63,984 bases of DNA, filler included, from Folioceros fuciformis (GCA_049999805.1; 5 parts of 3 records of this genome joined end to end with filler, not necessarily neighbours in it), one strand, 5' to 3'. Numbered from the whole stretch's first letter, positions 36,001-47,778 are shown. The notes: a model not told the origin generated them from the letters alone. Translations and numbers: made by a program.

Positions 36001-37647
36001 ACTTCAAGTGCTGCTGCTGCAAGCTTCGATCCAGTCCACTTTATATCTGTGTACGGAGAACTTGCTTTTGGGAGTGGGTTTTTCGTGCTGCTCCGATCCG
36101 TTACTGTGGCCTTTGCAGGCCTTATGACTGCACAATCCTTCTTCGTCTCACTTCTTAGCTGCATTATGGTTGCTCCCATGTCTTACTTTGACACAACTCC
36201 CACTGGTCGAATTCTCACCAGGTTTTCGACAGATCAGTCAAATGTGGATATATTGATCCCCATTCTGGCTGGCACAGTTCTTGCCCAGGGGTTTCAAGCT
36301 CTTGGAATCATAGTGGTGATTTGTGACGTTACATGGGAGATGTCCTTCATTGTGCTGCCTCTGTTTTGCCTTTATCTCTGGTATCAGCGTCACTTCATTA
36401 CAACTTCGAGGGAGCTCACTCGCATTGACTCATTGACGAAATCGCCTGTTATCAATCACTTCTCTGAAACTATCTCTGGATTCACTACCATCCGAGCCTT
36501 CCAGGAGCAAGAGCGGTTTTCTGTGGTGAATGTGCAGCGAGTGAACTCTAACCTGAGGATGGATTTTCACAACAATGCCGCAAACGAGTGGTTGGGCTAT
36601 CGTTTGGAATTCATTGGAACAGTGGTCTTGTCCGCATCTGCTCTTCTGATGGTTACCATTGGCAGGAACGTAATTTCGTCTGAGAAGGTCGGACTCTCCC
36701 TGTCCTATGGTCTCGCGCTTAACGGTTGCATGTTCGGAGTCATTTATCTTGCGTGTCAGCTGGAGAACAAGATGGTATCAGTGGAACGCATCAATCAATA
36801 TTGCAGGATCCCAAGTGAAGCCCCTGCTATTATTGAGGAGCATAGGCCACCTCTAGATTGGCCACACAGAGGTAGTATTGTCCTGAAGAATTTGCATTTG
36901 CGGTATCGCCATGACACACCTTTAGTTCTTAAGGGTATTAATTTGAATATCGTCGGTGGTCAAAAGGTTGGAGTGGTTGGTAGGACAGGAAGTGGCAAAT
37001 CCACCCTCATTCTGGCGATTTTCCGACTCGTTGAGCCTGCCGATGGCCAGGTCCTCATCGATGACTTGGATATTTCTACTATCGGGCTGAAAGATCTTCG
37101 CAGCAAGTTCAGCATCATCCCTCAGGATCCCACTCTATTTGAGGGCACTGTCAGGTCGAACATCGATCCTCTTGGAGAACATAGTGATCCGGAAATCTGG
37201 GCCGCCCTTGAGAAGTGCCAGCTGGCCCCCCTCATTCGGGACACTGACGAGAAGCTGGATTTTCCGGTGTTGGGAAATGGAGACAATTGGAGCATGGGCC
37301 AGAGGCAGCTGTTCTGCCTAGGCCGTGCCATCTTGAAGCACAGCAGAATCTTGGTTTTGGACGAAGCAACAGCGTCGGTCGACTCACAGACAGATGCCAT
37401 CATCCAGAGAACCATCAAGGAGGAATTTGCCCACTGTACTGTAGTCAGCATCGCCCACCGTATCCCGACTGTTATGGACAGTGACAAGGTTTTGGTGCTG
37501 GACGCTGGACACGTGAAGGAGTTTGACAGCCCGTCCAAACTCTTGGACAACCACCATTCCTTGTTCTCCGCCCTTGTTCACGAGTATTCTGCCCGCTCCA
37601 GCAGCTCCACCAACATTGCAGCCCTGGGCGGCGAAGCAGAACACTAA
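33007..37647 (+). CDS. ABC transporter C family (MRP), full length TMD0-TMD1-NBD1-TMD2-NBD2, single exon, 1546 aa; resembles the AtABCC4/14 group
   Basis: Walker A GQVGSGKS and GRTGSGKST, signature LSGGQKQR and WSMGQRQL, Walker B YFLDD and LVLDEATASVD, FSKLTFTWMNPLL, FDTTPTGRILTR; uninterrupted ORF. Confidence 0.97.
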   Translation: MDFATSVEGLGAVLLTACPAPGVSGDASFVYRIWLWVKYVLFAFCPQHLLVAAVHLVFVLGVLLYAGFRLVAVRAANAAHQNGADEAVSGKQLLRASAVYSTTIVATGVVSVAHVAIAVWRLWLGWWGGYDVPVQELVFSWSLALAWLTFAAIVGHERKFRATTHSAILRSWWVVNFVFGLLALYTSVYRFVTDAPHITQLWVDGVLAIATFPVVGFLFVIACVGSTGLSLVEGGLEEPLLVEDSDLFGEYDITGFATAGFFSKLTFTWMNPLLARGNEHPLELKDVPQLAPDDQAEQLYDRLKAGFRSDRGRRTVRAALIYTFWPSFAFTGFLCLLKLCVMYVGPLLITQFVDYASGKELFPNEGIVLVAILFAAKYIEVLSSHHYNFFSQKLGMTLRSSLITTVYRKGLKLSSHARQSHGVGQIVNYMSVDVQQISDSILQLHNVWLLPLQTIVALVILYTVIGVACFGGIGIMIFILAISFSFASLQRRYTGEIMGARDHRVAVTSEVLNSMKIIKLQAWEDKFRVTIEQVRAGERGWLTKFMYTLSVNIFLLWLSPLAVSTATFALCVLLGTELTAAKVFTALSTFRIMQEPLRLFPQALMSISQALNSVDRLQRYISSDELDETAVERSPAYVSKYALEVVGGAFKWVPDAERPTLSNINLHIEQGSFVAVVGQVGSGKSALLMALLGEVPKLSGTVKVNGRTAYVAQSAWIQNATIQDNILFGRPLDRAKYQETVRVCSLQADFAQMEFGDQTEIGERGINLSGGQKQRIQLARAVYQDADVYFLDDVFSAVDATTGSELFQHCLRGALAKKTVLLVTHQVEFLPEADLILVMRDGEIVQSGKYASLLDAGTDFSALIAAHNEAMELVAAGDDWEEDDEPEEQERQALLSKSPSSVSRSGSSLSKSRSLERQGSSKHGIRKLDRADSKSGSQKKGKAKLIEDEERATGQVGLAVYWLYATKALKGLHVVALIIFQTFWQGLQIASDYFLADQTSSAAAASFDPVHFISVYGELAFGSGFFVLLRSVTVAFAGLMTAQSFFVSLLSCIMVAPMSYFDTTPTGRILTRFSTDQSNVDILIPILAGTVLAQGFQALGIIVVICDVTWEMSFIVLPLFCLYLWYQRHFITTSRELTRIDSLTKSPVINHFSETISGFTTIRAFQEQERFSVVNVQRVNSNLRMDFHNNAANEWLGYRLEFIGTVVLSASALLMVTIGRNVISSEKVGLSLSYGLALNGCMFGVIYLACQLENKMVSVERINQYCRIPSEAPAIIEEHRPPLDWPHRGSIVLKNLHLRYRHDTPLVLKGINLNIVGGQKVGVVGRTGSGKSTLILAIFRLVEPADGQVLIDDLDISTIGLKDLRSKFSIIPQDPTLFEGTVRSNIDPLGEHSDPEIWAALEKCQLAPLIRDTDEKLDFPVLGNGDNWSMGQRQLFCLGRAILKHSRILVLDEATASVDSQTDAIIQRTIKEEFAHCTVVSIAHRIPTVMDSDKVLVLDAGHVKEFDSPSKLLDNHHSLFSALVHEYSARSSSSTNIAALGGEAEH

Positions 37648-38310
37648 AGTTGTCTCCTGCAGTTCGTTCAGGATGAGGAAACCCCCTTGCAGTCCTACAT
37701 GACGAACTGTTTCTACAACGGATTCCCGTATCGTGGGCAGTGAGCTTCCCAACTGCCTCTGCAGGCATTTTTGTAACGCACTAGAATGGTGAGGCCTAGC
37801 CTAGTGTCACAAAAATTTTGTCATCATCAGTTGCTCTGGAAGAGTCATAGAGATCGAATTCCTCAGCGTGCGTGAGATCTTGATGTGGAGTCAGACTCCC
37901 TGCGGAAGGTGTCGGTAGTGGCGGCGGTGGATCTGTAGGTAGATTCTCTTCTGTATGTGATTTTGGCTTCTGGGTTCTACCCACATCGCAGCTGACAGCT
38001 GGGTGTGTGTTGATGTGAAAGCCAGGCGTGGAAGCTGAGTTCTCCACCGTAGGTGAGTAACGGATAACGTTGACGTTCAGAACCGGCTTCTGGAGTGTGA
38101 TACTACTTGCTCTTGTTAGGAAGTCAAACGATGGGATGACGGAGTGTGTGCAATACTCCATGTCCACACCAGCTTTGTGATGTTGTAGCGATGCTGCCCA
38201 CATTGGTCGCGCAGGTGAACCGAGCTCGTGTAATAAGGATTTCGCACAGCAAGCCTCCTGCGTGACTGAGAGAGCATACGAAATCAAGACGAATACGCCG
38301 AACCAAGAAG

Positions 38311-38923
38311 ATGCAAGCTTTAGCTGCAGGAGGTTTGCAGGGATGCTGCTGCCTGCCGGAACAGAGGACAAGCTGCTGCCCTCGGGCAAGCACGGGAAAG
38401 GCTGAGGCTTCTGGTCTTCGGATGGGCAGAACCGGAAAGCTCTGGGCCCAGGGCGCTGGCAGGACCAGGAGCAGACGCTTGGATAAGGCTGGCGGATCGA
38501 AGAGACGTCCTCTGGTTGTGACAGCGTCGGCATCCGCTTCCACTATCATCTTCCTGTCGGCCCTGCCGTTCGGCATTGTGGCGCTGGTGTGGGTGGGAGT
38601 GAGCCTCATGATAAGCCGCATCGAGTACGAGTACTACGCCGAGGTCTGTCCCGCGTTCCCTCGGCTGTGTTTCCTGCTTGGTGGAATTTGACAGTCAAGG
38701 TGTCTGACGCACCGCGTGTCTGGCTGGGGTCTGGTTTTCATTGCACCAGTTGCAAGAATGGGAGAAGGCGGAAGAGGAGAGGAAAAGGTTGGAAGAGCAA
38801 GGCTTGGCTGTGCCAGAGGCGGAGGCTGTGAAAGAGACGTCGGAGTCTGGGAAGGAGGCGGCGGAGCCTCAGCCCGTCGGTGCTGGCGGTGGCAGAAGAA
38901 ATCGCCCGATCCGACAAGAGTAG
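38311..38923 (+). CDS. Small single-pass membrane protein with putative plastid transit peptide, 2 exons, ~168 aa, unknown function
   Basis: Ser/Arg/Ala-rich N-terminus ending RRPLVVTA, hydrophobic helix IIFLSALPFGIVALVWVGVSLMI. GT-AG intron 38644-38749 joins in frame to the charged tail LQEWEKAEEERKRLEE. Confidence 0.7.
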
Positions 38924-39387
38924 ACAGTGCTTGACCTAGCAGTTGTGTAGAAAGCAAGGGTACGTCAAGACGAGGGACGAGAGAGTAAGAGCAGAGCAAG
39001 CAGAAATGTGTCGGAAAGCGAGAGAAGAGCTGGTAGAGTCACGCAGACGACTGTAAAGCGGCTGAGCACATTTTCAATCTCGCTCAAGGCCTTATCGTGC
39101 TCTTAAAGATACAGAGTATGAGAATCGCTCTGGGTTCTCGACTGGGTTTACTCCAGAGCGTATTCACGATCCGTGTCGCAGCTGTTTGTGTTTCTACTGC
39201 CAGCACTGTTGCTGGATTGACTCAAGTTGTTGCCCCGCCGGTTCCGAGGCCTCAGAGGGTTGGCGAGGTTGGGGTGCGGGATCTTCCATAGCGTCTTGGG
39301 TGGCACCAACATTCTGGTGTGCTCTGCCCTGCACCCAGTTTCGGTCTTTGCGAACTTTGTTCAAGAGATTGTGGCTGTTCCAGCTCG

Positions 39388-40864
39388 ATGCAGGCGCGAG
39401 AATGTGGCCGAATGAAGAGCAGCGCGTTGAGAAGGCTGCTGGCAAGCCGGTTTGGGGACGGGGTGCGCCTCCTGCATGATTCGCACACATGGAACCTTTC
39501 TCTGGCTGCTTTGGCCAATTCGCAGGCGGAGCATGCCTTGCAGCAGCAGCAGCAAGGCAAACGGCACATGTCGCATGTGCCCGAGAGTACGGTGTACGGA
39601 GGTCCTCAGCATGTGTCTCCATGGAAGAGAGTGACGTTGAAGCATATTGTTGCCAAGTACCAGAAGAGGTTGCCCATCACCATGGTGACGGCGTACGATT
39701 ACCCTTCTGCTGTGCATGTGGACCAGGCCGGGATGGATGTGCTTCTGGTTGGGGATTCTGTTGGGATGGTGGTCCATGGCCATGATACTACTCTGCCTGT
39801 TACACTGGACGAGATGATCCTGCACTGCCGTGCCGTGAGTCGAGGAGCTCGCCGGCCTCTGCTGGTTGGCGATCTTCCTTTTGGCAGCTACGAGCAGAGC
39901 ACTTCTCAGGCTGTCGAGAGTGCAACTCGGCTCTTGAAGGAGGGATCCATGGACGCTGTTAAGATGGAAGGAGGCGGGGGTTCCAGGGTGTCAGCTGCCA
40001 AAGCCATTGCAGAAGCTGGCATTGCAGTCATGGGGCATGTTGGTCTCACACCACAGGCTATTAGCGTACTTGGAGGATTTCGTCCTCAGGGCAAGACTGC
40101 CACAAGTGCTTTGCAGGCAAGACAGTCGCAACTAGTTTCAGCAAACATGTTTCGTAACGTGCATCTCTGAGCTTCTCTGAAGATGGCATTGTTCATGCAG
40201 GTCTTGGAACATGCTCTGGCATTGCAGGCTGCAGGCTGCTTCGCAATTGTTCTCGAATGTCTCCCATCTCCTGTTGCTGCTGCGGTAACGGCTGCCCTCG
40301 GCATCCCTACGATTGGCATAGGTGCAGGGCCTTTTTGCAGTGGCCAGGTTTGGTCTCATCACCCACTGCTCTTGCCGGTTGTTCAACTGCCATTGGTCAA
40401 GACAGTCTAGTTCATAAGAAACTGTTTGGATGTGCTGCAGGTGCTCGTGTACCACGATGTACTGGGTATGATGCAGCATCCCCATTACAAGACGGTAACG
40501 GCCCTCCCACCCTGACGTTGAAGATGGCAAGAACGCTGCTGGTTATGTTAAGTGTCTGATCGTCATAACTCTTCGTTTGCAGGTAACTCCCAAATTTTGT
40601 AAACAATATGCAAAAGTTGGAGAAGTCATCCAAGATGCCTTATCTGAGTACCGAGAGGAGGTATCAAGTGGAACCTTTCCATCTGCAGCCCATACTCCTT
40701 ATCGCCTTGAGCGTCAGGACACACGAGTGTTTTTGGATGAGCTTGGAAGGAGGGGCCTATCTGAAGCTCGAGATGCTGCTGAAGCTGCCGCTCTGAAAGA
40801 CGAGGAGGCTGGTGAACCCGTATTCAAGATCCAGGATGAGGCCCCCACTGCAGCTATCTCTTAG
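39388..40864 (+). CDS. panB: 3-methyl-2-oxobutanoate (ketopantoate) hydroxymethyltransferase, mitochondrial-type, 4 exons
   Basis: [73 protein letters not shown]. Exons 39388 (or 39412)-40116, 40201-40347, 40441-40494, 40583-40864; intron 1 has a GC donor. Confidence 0.96.
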
Positions 40865-41101
40865 ACTGGGGATTGCTCGCACTAAGAATTTCTGGGCATT
40901 GTAAGGAATCAGCGGCAACACATTTAGGTCTTTGTGAGACATGAAACATTTCCTTCAGCTTTTTTGTGGTAACCGGTTTTTTTCCTAAGGTGCCTGTTCC
41001 TGGGAGGACTTCCCCTCCTTGGGTGTAGAGGGATGCGTTCTAACCATGTTACAACTTATTATCGATCTACTTGAACGGCCAAGGTGAGATACCTTGCTAC
41101 A

Positions 41102-44100
41102 TCAGTTTACATCGGGTGAGAGTAACTTTGCTAGCTCATCCAATGGCAGGCCTCTCTCCGTTGTCGAGGAGAAGGAAATTGGACTGGGTTCCTCGACTGC
41201 CTGTTTCTGTTTGACCCTACTCTTGTCCTTGGCAGCATGTCTTGTGTCCTGTCTAGGGGGTGGGACGTAAAGAGTTTGGGCTTTCTCCTTCAGCTTATCC
41301 AGATCTAAGGACTCCGGCTGATCTAGAGTAACAGCAGTTCCAGTCTCTATAGCTTCTTCCCAAAGCTTATCCAAAGGGCTCCTCTCTCCCGGCTCATTTC
41401 CTGCAAGGCCCTTAGTAGAGCTACCGTTGCTGTTCACCCCGTCAGAGATGAGACCTGTCTCCTCCTTGTCTCCAATTTCTGACAAAACTTGCTCTGACCG
41501 GAGCTCGGCCACCACCAGCGTACTGTCGGCAGAGTCCAACTCTGCAGGTGCACCATCATGGTCTGTTCCTTCAGCCTCCACATTAGCGTAATCAGATTCT
41601 ACAGGGCCCTCATCAGCTAATTCGACATCTGAACCACTGTCAGAATCGTCAGAACCTTCCGAATCAATTGTCCCAGGTGTACTGGAATCGGCGACAGGGT
41701 GTTTCTGTGACTCAGCTGCTTCCAAGTCCCGTCCTTTCCACAAAAGAAGTTGTTCTTTTTCGAAGGAGAGGAGGACACAGGGAACCAGGTCCTGTGATGT
41801 CACCCACAGCACCAGTCAGAGACTTACGAGGAGACTGCTGCCCCATTGCTTCTTTCGTAATCCAGAAAGGGAAACTTACCTTCAACTTGGCCCCTATTTT
41901 CTTGTAATCGCTTGGATTCAGACCCTTACAATCTAGTCGCACAAGATCGTCAAACAAGAAGCCATCTCGCACCTCTTGAACCAGGTGCATATAAACTCCA
42001 TTCTTATCTGCCAGGAGAGATAAAGAAATCTGGTAAGCACTCAGGATCATGTATACAGCGCTGTACAGCGGTTCTTATGCAGCCTCGGAGCGACGGACAT
42101 TGAAATGAGGGCAAGGATGAGTAAAAGGAACGTACTGAGCTTCTTCAATGGAGTAATACGGCGACCTCTCTTTCGCAGTTCATGAACCTCTTCCCTCGTC
42201 ATCCCATCTGGAACGGCCTTGATAAGCTTCGGATAAATGGGTGAAAGAGGTTTCCACAGCATCAGCGGGATAAATGGTCTGTCTTTATAGTTGTAGTACC
42301 GTCCTCGATAGAGATAGACTGTGCCACCTACACGCTCTATGATTATCCCACCAGTCTTGTCCTGTATGCAAATGTAAGCTCAGTCAATACCCTTTAGAAC
42401 GACACCGGCTGATGAAGGGGCCCTTGATCACGGGAATCTACCTCAAGGTGAAAGCACACATTATCCATGTCCACAGTAGGAACACCCTTGCATTTGATTT
42501 TGATGCAACGCCGCCGCTTCCAGTGTGAATGGACCAGGTCAAGCATGTTGTGAGTCAAACCATCCCTTCCTGAATACAGACAGAACAAACGGTTGTGAAC
42601 AAGAGCAGCAGCCTGAACCAAAGTGACACATCTCAGCGTACAAAGCACAAGGAACTGCCACAAAGCTTACCGAGATTGAGTTGACGATTACCCTTGCCGC
42701 AACTCTCCACCAGCTCTTTTATCTCAGCCTTCGTCAAAGGCTCCCCGATTATCTCCTCTCGCGTCTTTGCAGGCTTGGGGCCTTGACCTGCAGGGAAGGG
42801 CCCCGGTTGCTGCACAAACTTAATACCCTTCTTCTGAGGAGGTGGGTTGAAAGAATCAAACTCAGGAGCATTCTTCTTCTTGCTTTTCTTCAACGGGGCC
42901 TTCCCTGTCCAAGGACGATCCATTGTCTGGGGCCCAAACGGAGAGAACTGGTTACGGACCTTAAGAGGTGCCACCTTTGGAACCTCGGAGTAGCTGTACT
43001 GAAACTCGAAAGGCAGGGCCGAGGGAACTGGAGATGCAAAGCTTTCATGCACCTCGTCTGATCTAACACCTTTATGTACAGCAGACTGGTCCCCTGCAGA
43101 AATTTGACTAGAAGAGTTCTCCAGCTTTTCAGAAGGGGACACATCTGTGCTGGACGAGGGATCTGTCTCACCAGGGGAAGGCACACTCGTGGAAGGGAAA
43201 GTGGCCTTCTCTGTTAAATGAGGCTGCACCACAAAATCTTCTTCTACAGAATCTTCCGTGAGCCAGGGAGCAGGGTTCTGCCTAGGCTGTGTGGTCGACA
43301 CCTGAGTGGAGTTGGTGGGAACATCCACAGCAACCGTAGCAGATGTGGAGTACATTCGAGGAGGCCCTGCAGGTTTTTTCTTGCTGTACTTCGAATATCT
43401 CCCAGGTATTGACGGGTTGGACGGCACAGACCGTGACCCTACAGACTTGGAAGCAAATCTGGCTGCAGGATTCCTCGTCCCCCAGAGGTCCTCCCCCAAC
43501 TTCCTCCCCTCCACAGCAGCATCCTCATCACCCTCCAGGTACGAGAAAAACCCACGGCGTGCAGGAGGATTGGAGAAGGGATTCACAATGCTATCCGGAA
43601 AGAACTTGGACAGAGGAGGCAACCCATTGTCAGGCTTAACCGGAGCCACCGCAGGGCTCGAAACCTGCCTACTCGCTCCAACCCCACTTCCCTGCCCCGC
43701 AATGTCCTGAACAGGAGCCTCGCTCAAGGACTTGCTCAGCCGGGACCAAGGGGAGCTGCTGGTCCCTGCGGGGGGCGTTCGGGAGTCATTGGCGTAGAAG
43801 CCGGGCTCCCATTCCGGGGAATCTCCCGCCTGGCCCCCTTGCCTGGATCCCCTGTTCAAGAACTTGCTGAACGCCTCGCGTCTGGTACTCGATGAGGAAG
43901 CCTGAGACCCAGACTCCGACCGCCGGAAGCGCGCGCTCCTATTGTCACGTCCGTCATCCGACCCGTTCCCATTCCTTCGCTCCCCACCTCTGCCTCTGTC
44001 CCTGCCTGGGCCCGAATTATCGAATTCACTCCCCGTTTCCACGCCGAGCCCATCATTCCAACCTCGCATCCAATTAACCTGCCTCCGCTCCCCTCTTCCA

Positions 44101-44435
44101 CCCAGCCTCCCGCTCCTGGGCGGCTCCAATCCTTGCCCACTGATGCCAACATCCTCGTCCAGGTCCCTGCTAGCCCTGGAGTCCAAAATCTCCCACTCCC
44201 CTTCTCCATTTACGCTGGAGGATGCTGTCGCCTGCAAACTGCAAGGAACGCGCCGCCGGAAACCGGGCAACACCCTCTCGCGGCCTGGTGTCTGAGACGA
44301 AGGCAGGGAATGCCGCACCGAGTCCCAGTGAGCATGGTGCCGGCAGATCGAGAGCGAGAGGAAGCGGCGCTGCGAGCCCAGCCTGGTCCGGCAGCCGGGG
44401 AAGACATGGCAAGCGATTCCCAGCCGCATTGCCAT
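41102..44435 (-). CDS. CAF1: CRS2-associated factor (CAF1/CAF2-type) two-CRM-domain chloroplast group II intron splicing factor, 5 exons
   Basis: [107 protein letters not shown]. Exons 44435 (or 44528)-42671, 42569-42442, 42361-42136, 42007-41880, 41791-41102. Confidence 0.93.
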
Positions 44436-44667
44436 CTTCTGTGCCTCCTCCTCAGACCACAGGCCTGTCAGTCCATGGGACCCATGGCCATCGCTCGATG
44501 CGCCTCGCAGAGAGCAGAATCGCAGCATTCAAAATGCAATAAGGTGTTGCAACACGAATGTTTTGTCTTGCGGCTCGGGGAAAGATAAACCCTGAACCCT
44601 TGCGGGTAAATGTGTGAAGATACAACGTCCGAAACACTTGCAAGATATACAGGCTAGTCAAGCTAAT

Positions 44668-46851
44668 CTAGATGGTAGCAACTCGTTGTTTGACTCTGGC
44701 TTTCTCCGCATCGATGATGCAGCAGATGGAGGAAACTGTCCTGTCGAGTTGCCCATCTGCGTTCACCACTGCGTAGTCGAACTCATCCAGTCTCTTCAGC
44801 TCCTCACGAGCTGTGGCTATCCGCAGGATGACCTTGTCCAGAGTCTCGGTCTTGCGGGTAAGCAGCCTCTTGACTAGCGAGGTCTCGTTTTCCGCCACCA
44901 GAAAAATGAACACTGCGTTTGATCCCAGGATGGAGCGCACGGTTGCAGCTCCCTGGACATCCACTCTGAGGACCACATCAGTTCCCCTGGCCATGCAGTC
45001 TCGCACCTGGACAAGCAATGTCATGTCAGTCAACGCATGCTCTGGCAAGCAGGTGACGAGTGTGTTGGTACCAGCCTACTGCACAAGGTGTGAACCTGTT
45101 GTTTGGGTATGCCCTTGTAGTCCCCGTACACCAGTGCATGCTCCAAAAGCTCCCCTTTCTCCACCATAGACACGAACTCTTGCTTGCTTACAAAGAAGTA
45201 GTCGAGTCCGTCGACTTCCCCCGGCCGTTGGGGGCGTGTTGTGGCTGTCACGACGAAGTGGACGTCTTTCCGAAGCTCCTGTAGCCGCTGCGTTCAAAGA
45301 TGGATTTGATGAGAGGGGCACCTCTGGCATGATGGCAAGGTAGCATATGATGGATGGAAGCAAAAAGCGAGCCAGACCTTGATGACAACATCCTTGCCTA
45401 CACCGCTGGGGCCGCTGATGACTATGACTAGAGGCTTCGGCCGTGGGACTTGAGGTTCTCGTCCGAGAGGTGAGCCTAGGGACTGCTCCAATGCCTTGAG
45501 TACAGCTGCCTGAGCAAACACAGTCGATGGCATTACAACAGGTGAACCAGCTGCTAACCTGACCTCCGGACAGCGAAGGGAGGGAGCTTTACCTGCATCT
45601 GACTTTCTCCACCTTCGTCATCTGCCGAAACCGGGGATGATTCACCACCATCAACATGACAAGGACCGCATCCTGATCGCAGCTCAGGTTCGGACACAGG
45701 CCCCTGATCAACCCTTCGAGCACTGTCAACTCTCAACATCTGAAGCTTCTCCTCGTCCAAGGAAGGGAGGCCAGAAGTGACAAGTACCTGTGCAACGCCT
45801 ATTCAATGTTGACAGCTGGGACAACCCACAACATCGCACAGCGAATTCAACGAGTCCACCTCAACTAGTAACATCAACCACCTACCTCGGAGCTGGTCCC
45901 CGACTCGTCGGTCGCTCGAGAAGAAGTAGATGCGGGGATTTCCGTCAGTGGCTTAACTGCACCATATTCGCCATTGCAACAACCGTCTGTCTGAACGGGA
46001 GACTCGGTTGATACTGGAGCACCTGTGGAATACATGTACCTTGGGGCTGTTCCCCTGCGCGAGGATTGGCAACCGCCATCACGAAACCATCTCGGAAATC
46101 TGCTGGGGCTGGATAGCCAGTGGCATTCTGATGCTCCAGCTGAGAAGAACCTGGACGGTGCCCGCGAGGTACGGCAGGAAGAGGTCCCCCACTCCCTCCG
46201 TCTTCTTCCTTGAACGCCACCATTAAGCTCTGTTCCATCTGATACCAAAAACTTTGGGAATCGCTGCGATCCACAGACAATATCACTAAACAAAGAGGCT
46301 GGAGAGGAGCTGGAGGCTGAAGTGTCATCCACTGCCCCAACGCCAGTCCAGAAATTATCGTCACACGAGATGCATCCCAGAGGTGATGAAATCTTCAATT
46401 GGCCTCCACAAACGTAGCCTTGCGATTCTATCTTTAAGCTTGTGCTGGCTTGCACACTCCCTGCCCAAGGTAGGTACATTCTCTCAACTTTCTCCTCCAA
46501 TCCCTTCAGCCACAAATCGCCCCCAGAGATGGTGCAGACTCCAAAATCATCACCCAGCCTCCCGCTGGTCCCAGCATCTGCATTTCCGGTGCTCCTTTCC
46601 TCGATACCTCTGAGATGAACAATTTCATCTCCATCCTCATTGGGAATCGACAAAACTGACAGCTGCGACTTCTGGACGGGGAGATGGGATCGGACCACAC
46701 ATCTCCTGCAACGCGCAACTACGGAGGAAGGGATGAAGCAGAGCTGGTGGGCGAGAGACAACGATAGAGGGGGGGAGGAGGGGCGGTGCAGAGCCAGCTT
46801 CCTTCTGAAACTTGGCAGCATGGAACATACTATGCCCAGCCGCAATGCCAT
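44668..46851 (-). CDS. Organellar guanylate kinase (GK3/GMK3-like) with long N-terminal extension, 5 exons, ~607 aa
   Basis: P-loop [66 protein letters not shown] exons 46851-45886, 45787-45593, 45509-45378, 45287-45096, 45006-44668 join in frame; the first two exons are less certain than the catalytic ones. Confidence 0.88.
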
Positions 46852-47778
46852 GCTCCTGTGGTCACTGCAACCGTTACTTTCGGCTGTGACACCCGATACA
46901 AGCCACGCATTCTGAGGAAGGCCACGCAGATTTTTCCATCCACAAATGCTACCCACCAGCCGTTCCTCACCACGGGACTCCTAGACTGGGATGCGCAGCC
47001 AAACCGTCAGGTTTCTCTCTGTGGTCTGCGGCTTAGTCACAGTCTCTTCCAGTAATAAACCTCTCTCGTCTGATTAGCTGTTGGGATACACAGGGAAACA
47101 GGGAGCGGTGGTGCAGAAGCCCACCAGCTTTGCGATTGAGCCGCTCTCAGGAGTATGGCCAAATTTGGTCCCTCACTCCTACCGGAAGGTGGTGTGGCCG
47201 AGTGGAAGAAGTACGGCCACAATGGTGCTTGTTTCCTGCCAAGCCTAGCACCTGCATTGGACACGGACAATGGAAGAGTCAGAGCACGGACTGGAATGGA
47301 AGGATTGTATCGGACATCGCCCTGCACGTCTTTGGAATGGTGGCTCACTGGAAGGCAGGTATGAGGATTGCATTCTGCTGTGTGTAGCTTGTCTGTTGGA
47401 GTGTTTTGTATTCCGCTTTTAATCTGGTTGTATGGACGTTTGGCTGCTTGTAGCTGCGGGCTTGTCGGTTTGCGGCATTTTGGCCTCGAGGTAACGACGG
47501 TGCTGCTAGGTCGAAGAGGGTCTGCGAGCCTTTTTGTAGGCTAGCATACCACACCCAGCTGGAGAGTGAGGTTTCGGGGCCAGCAGAGAATAGGCTTGGA
47601 AGCAGAGAGTCTGTGAGGTAATTAGCCTCTGCATCAGGCCATGGGCACACTGTAGCTTGTACCAGGTGGAAGGCTATTGAAATTTTTGGTTGAAGCACGG
47701 CCAAAGAGGGACTGAAAAGTTTCCCATTGGTGTCAAGCATTTGGCAGGATACGCAGTAACTCCGGTGAACCTGCGAGG

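Noticed and set aside
37796-38533. 245-aa minus-strand ORF between ABCC and the small membrane protein
   Set aside because: No recognisable domain, and it overlaps a better-supported spliced gene on the plus strand.
47132-47152. miR171-like sequence (GATTGAGCCGC)
   Set aside because: Only about 11 nt match, and no complementary hairpin arm was seen.
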